Shown: piece by piece, positions 12,527-23,000 of the stretch
How positions within the stretch are numbered: position 1 is the stretch's first letter
Layout of the letters: the number at the start of each line of letters is the position of its first letter
Origin: Catajapyx aquilonaris
Taxonomy: Eukaryota
DNA: 46,341 nt
Direction of reading: 5' to 3'
NCBI GenBank assembly: GCA_000934665.2
Contig: KZ538815.1
Coordinates: forward strand, 1 to 46,341
Notes under the pieces: generated by a model
Seen by the model: only the letters and a program-made list of their open reading frames with translations
Told to the model about the DNA's origin: nothing
Database searches by the model: none
Program-made: the position numbers and the translations under genes

Positions 12527-12982
12527 GTCTCCGCTTCAGAGTGCATCTCCCAGGTGGCGGGAGTGAACAGGAGGGAGAGGGTCTCAATCCATGCAAATTA
12601 GCCAGAAGCGCCACTAACGAATGTCCTCACCTTCATCATCATATTCGCACACTGAAATTGGCATTCATCTTTGCCCTTCGAGCCTTAGCGAGCCTTAGTA
12701 ACCGAAACAAAACTCTCGCAATTAAAAAAAAAAAACTGTATTACTTATGCATGCAAATTAGTTACATGGGAATGAACCGAATGTCCTGCCAGGTCTTGTC
12801 ACTTGTTTTAAAAAAATTCTAAAGGCATCTGGTCCAACAGGGATATATTTCCCATAATGTCTCATATGGTAAGATTTTAATACACTAAGGCCTATTTAGA
12901 AATATGCAATATGTAATCCCAAGAACTGGTAATGCAAACGCTAGTAATGCAAACTTGCTTTAACACATTACATTTGAACATA

Positions 12983-15212
12983 TCAAAAGCAATCAATAGA
13001 AGGTTGAAGAGAGGTGTCACTGTATGAGGATAAAATATCTTCCAGAAGAGAGTTCATCTCGTCCCTACGATGCACTTCAGCTGTTGCAGCATTAGTCAAT
13101 TTCACAGTCATTTGTCCGTCCAGGGCTGAGCCTTGCTTTTGCAACAGTAACCGAGTCACTCTCTGGGCCTCCTCACGAACACTTTGGTCACAGTCCTTGC
13201 ATGTCTCAAGAAGAACTTGCGGCACCAATTCTTTGTTATCACCAGGCCAACGATGCACCATTTTTTCCCAGAATGTGACTGCTTCCAGTTTCACCTCCCA
13301 GTGCAAGTCATTTCTAGCAGCCTTAGCCATCACCTCACATGGAGCAGTAATAATACCATAACTGTACATATGGTTCAGAAGGGTGACCGCTGCCTTCCTA
13401 ACAATGCCTTCAGTGTCCGTATCAATTGCCTTGGCTGAACACTGCTGTACCTGCAACGGCAACACCACCACCCACAATCCTTTCACTGAGACCATAACCC
13501 TCAAGCAGTCAAATGCTGATGCCCTAACAAATGCTTCCTCATCTTCAGTACAAAGGCTAAAAACATTTTCACACATATCTTGCAACACTGGGTCCATTGT
13601 TTTAGGTTCATTTTTTGCAATAAGATGACCAAACAGTTCTAAGACACTATCTCGTACTGCCCAATCTGAATGGTCTAAAAGTTTCTGCAGACACAAAAAA
13701 AGATTCGTTGGTGGATGGCTATGTTTCATAATCTTCAGCAGAGACACAATCACCTGCAACAATGAAATATATTGAAAGCATACAATACTAAGTAATTACA
13801 CATATTCCACGCTTGCTCCATACTTACCCTAGAATCATAGCCATGACATGCCTCTAGCATATCCATGTGTAAATTGAAGACTTGTGGAGAAAACAATGAG
13901 GCATCACTTTTAATGATTGTCCTTATGGCATCGATTGTTGCCAGCAACACTTGTTGGTGTCCTCTTGGTTGCTGGATTAAATGTGTCAAGAGACACTTGA
14001 GTCCAACAAGTGCTAGCCTGCGCTGTTCCTGCATGCAAAAGATTATTATGTATGATAAATCATGTTTAACATCAACTGTTTTAAAAACAAGAATTCCTTT
14101 ACCTGGCACATAAATTGCATGTTGTATTTAATACAGCTTACAGCCAGTGAGACATCCCCAACTTTCCCTCCGTCATTTCTCATTGTCCTGGCCACCATTT
14201 TAGCAACAGTTCCATACTCTCCATTCTCATCACATTGTTGCTGCAGCAGCTGGTTTAACTCATCGTTCTCATTGGCACAACAAAAAATAAATGACACCAG
14301 AAGGCGAGTGGCAAATAGTGCAGCTTGGTCATGATTAGTGACAGTTGCTTTCTTCCAGTACTGCTGTGAGTGTGAAAGAAATTGAAGTAGGATGGCCGGA
14401 ATATGCCAGTGGCTAAGTAGTTTCAGTATCACACGCAGGTATGTTTCCTGCTCTGAATTAGGTTCAGAAAGCCACAGGGCTATCCAAGCTGCTTTTTGGG
14501 CCAAGATGGGATCCTGAAGGCATTGATTTGCTGCATCTACGAGTCCATATCTCTTTAAAGTGTCACAAAGCGAGTTTTTAATTAGTGGTGGGCAAGATTC
14601 ACCCAACAAAGTCATCAGTATTTCCAGTGACATAGACTTGTCCATTTCGCCATTGGAAACTGCCTGAACCAGTTTCTCTAATATGCTACACACAACTTCC
14701 ACATGATGAGACGTCAATTTCCACAACAAGGAAGTCAACACCTCTTTGGTCTTTCGTGATAAAAACATGTTGCTTTTGCTCCTCCCTGACAAAACTGCAA
14801 TTTCCCACACAATTTTCCAACAGCTTGCTTCCACAACCCATGCCAGACCCACGTCATGCTTGATGACCACTTCAATCAGCATCAACAGAGCATGTTGGAC
14901 AGGTGCCGAGGAGTCAATAATTACAACTCCTGAGATTGATTTTTCCAGCAAGTTCTTCAGGGAAGGGAAATATGGCTGGTCTTTCACAGCAACAGCCAGC
15001 AATCTAAAACTCAAGCATCGCAAATTCTCAGACTGTGAGAGCAGTGCCTTTTGCGCAAACCCTACAACAATTTTCCTTCGCTCTTCTTCAATTGGATGGG
15101 ACTCCAGGAACGACAGCAGGTGCTCCAGGTAAGTGTCATCAGAGGACACTCCATGGTTGGCCAGCAGGACATTAAAAACTGAGGAGAGTAAAACGTCTGT
15201 TTCTGGATCCAT
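12983..15212 (-). CDS. BRAT1: BRCA1-associated ATM activator 1 (HEAT/ARM-repeat INTS11-binding protein); about 693 aa from 3 coding exons
   Basis: Exons: 15212-14103, 14028-13828 and 13753-12983, with two 74-nt phase-0 GT-AG introns. An alternative in-frame ATG lies at 15218. N-terminus MDPE...DDTYLEHLL, internal DWAVRDSVLE, D.EAFVRASA, D.EGIVRKAAV and DLHWEVK, and C-terminal DCF* resemble BRAT1. Confidence 0.88.
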
Positions 15213-15392
15213 CTGCATTCTGCAACTGCTGGGAAGACGGTAAAACTTACGTTAATAACATGCAGTGTCAGTTAGTAAATTGTGGTTATCATACCAGCTG
15301 GCAATAGGCCAAAGAGAGAAGAAGCGTGCCAGACACCAGTGAACCAAACCTAACTGAAGTGGACTCAACCTCCGACATGCACTAGTCTGGGC

Positions 15393-15405
15393 GCCGCCAT
15401 ATTTG
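15393..15405 (-). promoter_or_regulatory. YY1/Pho-like motif near the probable BRAT1 transcription start
   Basis: Minus strand CAAATATGGCGGC about 180 bp upstream of the BRAT1 ATG. Confidence 0.4.
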
Positions 15406-15956
15406 AACCACAGTTGCCAGCACCACACAAAAAACAACAATAATAATATTTTACCAATAGGAAATGCAACTGCAGCAGAATAACAAGTTAAACAACTTGT
15501 CTACTTATCATCAGTGACTGTTGTAACAACTGCAGATGACAAATTGTATATTTCTGCAGGTGGGGGAAGGGCGGCCTGTTCAAAGGAAGAGAGTCCAACT
15601 CACAGCACAGTTAGGGTTAGGACGGGTTAGGATATCAAAGAACCTGACCTAAAAATGCTTTAAAATGCTCAGAATGCGTCAGATAGCTCTGACTCGGTTG
15701 CAATTTAGGAATGGAATTTATCAGGTTTTTATGCTAGGAAAATAAGGATTCTCAGAAATACGCAATCTCTTGTAAATTGCCTAAATAATACTCAATGTAA
15801 CATTTTCATATTTTAATAAGTTTCGTTTCAATCAAGGGGAAAATTACTCTCTCGTAAGTTTCCCATAAGTTATTGAACATTGTTGTGTTGTAGTCGTTGT
15901 GGTCGTTCGGGACTAGTAGCCAGCAACTCTAGTGAGCACGGGCCTTTAAATAACCT

Positions 15957-16494
15957 GTATCTGCGTTGTAGATAATATGTTTCGGATTATTATCTGCGTT
16001 GCGCATTACATTATAATCCGTGTTGAGGATTATTATGTGTTGCGGATTATCTGTGTGGAGGATAATGTGTGTTGAGGATTATTATTGCGGATTATTTTCT
16101 GTATTCCGGATTATAATCCGTGTTAAGGATTATTATGTGTTGCGGATTATCTGTGTGGAGGATAATGTGTGTTGTCGTGTTGAGGATTATTATTACGGAT
16201 TTATTATCTGCGTTGCGCGTTATAATCCGTGTTGAGGATTATTATTGCGGCTTATAATCCGCGTTCAGGATTAATACATGTTGCAGATTATTATCTGCAT
16301 TATTAGCTGTATTTGTGATTGTAATCCGTGTTTCAGATTATCTGTGTTGTGGATAATAATGTATGTTGAGGATTATTATGTGTTGCGGATTATGTTTTGA
16401 GGACAATATGTGTTGATGATTATTATTGCGGATTATTTTCTGTATTGCGGATTATAATCCGTGTTGAGGATTATTATCTGCGTACTGCGTTGCG

Positions 16495-16566
<72 letters not shown>

Positions 16567-17446
16567 ATCCGTGTTGAGGATTAGTATGTGTAGCGGATTA
16601 TCTGTGTTGAGGATTATTATTGCGGATTATTCTCTGTATTTCGGATTATCTGCGCTGCGGATTATTCTGTGTATTGCGGATTATAATCCGTGTTGAGGAT
16701 AATGTGTGTTGTGTTGATGATTATTATTGCGATTATTTTCTGTATTGCGGATTATCTGTGTGGAGGATAATGTGTGTTGTGTTGATGATTATTATTGCGG
16801 ATTATAATCCGTGTTTCGGATTATCTGTGTTGTGGATAATAATGTACAGGTATGTTGAGGATTATTATCTGTGTTGAGGATAATAATGGGTGTTGAGGAT
16901 TATTATCTGCGTTGCGCATTATAATCCGCGTTGTGGATTATTATGTGTTGCAGATTATAATCCTTGTTGCGGATTATCCGTGTTGAGAATTATTATGTGT
17001 TGCGGATGATCTGTGTTGAGGATTATTATTGCGGCTTATAATCCGCGTTGAAGATTATTATAAGTTGCAGATTATTATCTGCATTATTAGCTGTAATTGG
17101 GATTATAATCCGTGTTCGGATTATCTGCGTTGCGGATTATTCTGTTTTGCGGATTATAATCCTCAACACAGATATAATTATCTGTGTTGTGGATACTAAT
17201 GTATGTTGAGGATTATTATGTGTTGAGGATAATAATGGGTGTTGAGGATTATTATTTTCTGTATTGCGGATTATAATCCGCGTTGAGGATTATCTGTGTT
17301 GAGGATAATAATGGGTGTAGTTGAGGATTATTATAATTTGTATTTCGGATTATCTGTGTTGCGGATTATAATCCGTGTTCAGAATATCTGTGTTTCAGAT
17401 AATAATGCGTCGAGGGATTATTCTCTGCATTGCGGATTACACGGTA
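15957..17446. repeat. Irregular tandem array of GGATTA / TGTGTTG / TATAATCC modules with an embedded (ATT)n microsatellite
   Basis: Variable 13-22 bp units such as TGTGTTGAGGATTATTA and TGCGGATTATAATCCG; (ATT)n at about 16496-16562. Confidence 0.9.
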
Positions 17447-18569
17447 ATGTGTCGATGATTATTGACAAACTTTTTTCAGAACACATATTAACGATATATT
17501 ATTTTTCATTTTTTTTAAATATTATACTGTACCTTATTTTACAGGGAAGTCTTTGGAACTCGTGATTAGCTCGTGATTTTACGGTGTCTCCTCCGGTTTT
17601 ACGGTGTCTTCTCCGACGGGACCTTTCCCTTTGGGGCTCGACGGAGGCCTGGCGCCTGGGTGACCAGGCAGAAGTCGAGAGGCCTGTCGGACGAGATTGG
17701 GGCGAGCTCCGGACCTTACGGGTTTCGGACTCGATCGTGGGACGGGCGGCTCCTCTGGGTGTCGTCCCGATGGTCGAGTCTCGACCCTATGACGGCTTGG
17801 CTTCGATTCGGAAGCGAACGGGTGGTCCGCCACGATGAAAGGGACTTAGAGTGATGATACAGGCCATATGTGGGGCCCGGGGTTTAAGGACCTACATGGT
17901 CCGGAATAACCCCGTTAATATCTGACGAAGTGCCTAGGACCATTTTTAGATTATCTGGGCACAACCTTGCTTGCATTCACTAGCATGGATAGTAATCGGG
18001 AGTACAGTGTCGCTAAGTTCAAATTTCGGTCTTAACTTCTTACGAGAGTGCCTAACTAATTTGTTTCCAAGGTTGATCTACTGATGATATTTTAATAAAA
18101 TTTTAAGTCATGCGTTAGAAGACGGAAACAAAGATAGTCCAGCGTAAAATTATAATTACAACAGAAGTTCTAGGACAATCCGTATAATTTTTTCTCCACT
18201 CATTGCTTCACTTTACATGCCATGCAATGTGGCATTCTCACATTGAATGGAGCAGTGCTGGTAGCAATGATGGAATCGTATTATATCCCAATAATTAGGG
18301 TATTTCAGCCCATTATATCGAGTTTCATACATTTTTCGAAGGCCTTTCTCTTTTTCATCTTGGAAAGTATGGGTCACAAGTTGCACTAGGTAACACCTGG
18401 CTATACAGGGTGATCTAAAATACTTCTATTGCTGTGGCTCTTGTTGGCACTAATCTACAAAATTTAAGGAGTTACTTTAATGGCTATCAAAAGTATTAGT
18501 GGATTGTAGGACACCATTGTTTCCCTTGCTACCAATCATAAAGGCCAACAATGTAAATATTGTATGGAG

Positions 18570-19143
18570 GCTCTTGCCAAATTCTATGCTCGCTCCGTAA
18601 TCAGATTGCATCCAAAATCCATAGGAGATCGTGTAATGTGTATGGAGAAAAGCCCATGAGTGACATTGTTGAATCGGAATTTTCAAGAAGGACGAATTGA
18701 TGTCCATCATGAGAAAGGTCATGAGAGGAAATCTGTGGCAACTGACAAGTTGTTGAAAAGTCAACAATGCTGGTTTAGAGCGCATCTGGTCACAATATCT
18801 GGCCTGTCTAATGATTTCTCCCCCAATTTCAGGGTCAGCACTTGATGAAATTGTCACAGGAACGTTGGGCTATCACAAGCATTGTGCATATAGTGAGTTG
18901 AAGAACAACGAAGAGCTGAAACAGTGCGTGATCGGTTGGCTCAGTAGCCAGGTGGCAACCTTATATGGGGTAGGCGTACAAAATATGGTGCTGCGTTATG
19001 ACAAGTTATTCAATCGGGATGGTGACAATGTGGGAAAATAGCATAAGAATGTAGCTAACTTTTGTAAGCATTGAAATTTTTTTTCATCACTTTTGTTTTT
19101 AATTTACAGCGCAGAGGACCTTAATTAAAAAATAGCCCTCGTA
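18570..19143 (+). mobile_element. Internally deleted, frameshifted mariner (Tc1/mariner) transposon relic
   Basis: Peptide remnants FQEGRIDVHHEKGHERKSV, EIVTGTLGYHK and NNEELKQCVIGWLSSQ...GVQNMVLRYDKLFNRDGDNVGK* match mariner N- and C-termini. The right TIR ...CCTTAATTAAAAAATAGCCCTCG is followed by TA. Confidence 0.85.
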
Positions 19144-20058
19144 CATCCAGGACATTTTTGTGGGCATCCTTTAACTACTCTATCTCAACAGACATTCACT
19201 ATGTAATGGAATCTGTCTAAATTAGTTAGTTGACGCCTGCTGCCTGTAGGGTGCTTTGTTGTCCCAAAAAAGGTACTGGCACGATCTCATCCCACCTGGC
19301 ACAATCTCAACCCGTTTGACGGTAATTTTTGACCTTGTGACTAGTAACCTAGTGACCTAGTAACTGATGTGCACATAATAAGCTGCTGCACATCACATTT
19401 GGTCCTTACAACATATTGTAGAAATGCATTGTCAGAATACATTTACGTACATATTGTTGCTCCATCCAATCTACTTGTTGAATAGGATCCTTCTCTTGTT
19501 GTTCTATAATTATGTTCCAAAAGGATGTCATAACTTGCACAGAACAACTGCAGTATCAAAATGCATTAGTTTGTACATGTATGAACAGTACTTGAGGCAG
19601 TTGATCAAATGTTCATGTAATCCACTGACCACTACCAAGCATACTTAAGGGAACACTCACGTAGTTATCTCCTGACGACCAAACCTACGGGACTAGGACT
19701 GGATAGGCCACTACAAATCAAACTTATTTTCTTTCCTTCCAACAGCTTCTCTGTCTCCTTATTCCTCCTTCTATATTTCCTTACTCTTACACTTCCCTTC
19801 ACAACTTGCACCACTGCAAAAAGTCCTCAACAAAGTCGCATCCGATGCTCAGTCACAATTTGTCTCTCTCGTGATTCAAAACAAAAATCCTACAAGTTAA
19901 AACAAACGGGACTGACAATGGTGTAAATAAGGTTAGCAATTGTTTGCAATAATAATAATAATAATTAATAATAATAATAATACAATGGTACAAATTGCTC
20001 CATTTCAGATGGAGCAATGATAACTTCAACAAAAAAATACCACAAACAATAACAAAAC

Positions 20059-23000
20059 TCAGGAATTGCAAACTTTGCACACCAAGTCCTCCATTTGTTG
20101 GTCAAAATCAGGACTAGCAGATGATGCTTCATCATCTGGGGTACCAGGCGTCACGTCATCTTCCACCAAGGTGCCATTGTCATCAGCAGTGCTGGAGTCA
20201 GGGGGGGTTCCAGGAGGCTGGGGGCCACCATTGTCAGTAGGTGTTGTTGACATGACAGTTGCTGAGCCATTGTTGTCAACAGCAGCATCAGAGGTTGCTC
20301 CGCTGGTACCAGCAGTGGCTGAGTCATCGGCATCGTCATCATCATCAGCAAGGTCATCCGGTAACCCTGATGGCCTCTGAAGCTTTGCCAGCTCCTTCTT
20401 CAGTTGGGCATAATGGCGCTAGTTGACAAGAAAAGTACTTACTACACGTACACTCCGCTATCCTAGTGACAACCTTATAACGAATCATCCTGACACATCC
20501 CCTCCAACAACATGCCTGGCCCTGCTACACACAAGTTTTACGTATTTACAGTTTACTTGTTGTCACTTGAGTTTCAGCTTACAATCTGAAGTTACAGTAA
20601 GAAATTAACTCCCCTTCAGAAAAGAGACAACATTTTGTGAATGCTTACGAAATTATTTTAATGCCAGAGCGCCTCAAGTGTTACTGATTCTTTGGTTTCG
20701 CATTTTTCTATGACTAATGATTACCTTCATTGCAGCTGCATTAAGAGTAAGTGCCCTGGCAGTGGGCTGCTGGCTAGCCTGTGCTTGGGCGTCTTCCAGC
20801 CATGACTGCACCTGCTGCAGGACCTGCTTCCTCTTCAGCCAAAAATGGGTGTGGACTGCCTCACGGAAACAGGCAGAGGGGTTCCTCAGTTGCTCCAGGA
20901 CTGCCCACCTCACACAGGCCTGCCTCACATTGGAGTTGTACTCCCTGGAGCTCTGGTTACCTGAAGAAGTGCCCCTTGACCTCTCATACCCTGGTTCATT
21001 GAAGTATGGCTCTGGGACTAGGATGAGAGACTGGATTGACACCAGGACCTGCAAGGAAGCAAAAGCAGACGATATTAAATAGTCACTTGATTATAATTTT
21101 AGACAAATTGTTCATTTGATATGAGACGAAGCATGTAAGACTGCTCGAACACACAACTGGATTTCTAGGAATTTGTAACAAGGGCAAATAGGAAACTGCA
21201 CCTGTAGGAAACTTGAAGTTGATGGATTCCACTTCTCCTCTGGGCGTCCATGCCACGTGTTGAGAACAGACAAGCAAACCTTGCCATCTGAATAGAGATT
21301 AGGGTTGAAGCGAACACTTCGATGCCCTGTTGTCTCTAGGTTCACCAGCATTGGAGCAGCAGGGTAGTCCGCAGGGAAGAATACGTCAAACTCAAAGCAG
21401 CCATTGGCATATGGAGTATCTGCTGGCCCAGTTATGAGCACCTGTCAAGAATAAGGGGCCCACATTTAATAACAAATTTCAGTTAAATGAAGACCTCCAA
21501 TTTAACTCAAACCCCGTACCTTCATCACATCCAAACGGTCAACATCACACCGGACAAAGACAGATGAAGATGCTGACAGTGGTAAGCTAGTAGAAAGTGT
21601 CACAGCCTCTTGCGCTAACCTCTTCAGACGCTCAGGATGAAGGGAGCGAGAACCAGAAGACCTTACATTTGCCTCAAAGTGATGTGAGACTGCAAACCTC
21701 ACTCCACTGGAAGTTCCACTGTCTGGGTCCGCTTCTGCATCCACAATCATCTCATAGGTGTCAAACTGTAGCCGACGCATAGCCTCTACATACACTTCAT
21801 CTGCATCTCTCTGGCGTAATGGGCGCGACACAGCACCCGAGGATGTAGGCTCATCATCAGAACCATCATCAGAATTTGTGGAAGGAAAAGAACGTCGGCC
21901 CATACGGTGAGCAGCATTCTGGACCAGCTGGTAGGTCAGGCGAATGTCAGGTATGAGTGTAGCCATGCCCTCGTCAGCTTCTGAATTGGTATGATCTGCT
22001 GGCGCAGGTGAAGATAACACACCAGGAGATTCAATACTGGTCTGCGTTGCCTTTGATTTGCTCCTGAAAGTAGATGTATACATTTACAGGACTCTGGCAG
22101 ATTGATTAAAAGTTAAAGAGCACACATGCACACAGGTTCTGATAAATTTATCAATAATTGGCATAAATTTACTCAGGATAGGGAGTGAGAGCACAACAGT
22201 GAAGGACATCCTGCATGCTCACATTTTGACTGACCACACTTGATGGAGAGACAAGTGTATAATGATGTGAACTTTCAGTGGCAATCATGGTTCAATTCAA
22301 ATTTGACATTGAACAGTATTATCAGGAAATGCTAATGGATAACATCCCTAGTCAATAAAAGGTGCACTTACTTAAACCTTGCAGTGGCATCACCTCGTAG
22401 TCGACTGGCATATGTATCAACACACGACTTCATCCTGGCCAGCAACGTGTGAACTGGTGGATGATGTCGCTGGGCACTCTCACCATTACTGCAAGAATTG
22501 TGACCATTTGGCATAAGCAAGGGTGCCAATGTCTGGCAAGATGCTAGCGCCCTTAGCGTAGCCAATACAGCGCGGTAGAGAGGCACGTGTCGAGCCATAT
22601 CAAGCACAGAGTCATTGCGAAGGTATGATGCCAACGCTGGTATGAGACAGGACTGTGCTAGTGCATCAGGGACGCTGTCAGGCAACACAGCAGCCATCGA
22701 ATCTTGCTCTTCCTCCATATCACCATTTGCACTGCAGCCATCTCCATCTTGTAGGTAACTCGCCAGCACTTGAAGCAGCACCGTCACATATTCCTCTTCA
22801 CTCCTCTGACGCAGCAAGGCTTGTTCTACATCCCATGATTGTGCAACACTACCAGTTCCAAACCCAGTACCTTTGGCCCAGTACCGGTCTTCTGGAGCTT
22901 TGGCTCCAGGACAAGCTGTTGAGGATGAATTGTTACCCCCACTAGGAAGGTGTGTGAATAGTGCCAATGACGCTAGCAGCAACTGCAGTGCTCCAACCTC

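Noticed and set aside
11991..12822. Long plus-strand ORFs (191 and 275 aa) and other antisense ORFs over the three genes
   Set aside because: They are shadows of GC-rich minus-strand exons with no recognisable protein features.
15957..17446. CRISPR-like or telomeric interpretation of the tandem array
   Set aside because: No unique spacers between constant repeats, eukaryotic context, and the unit is not (TTAGG)n on either strand.
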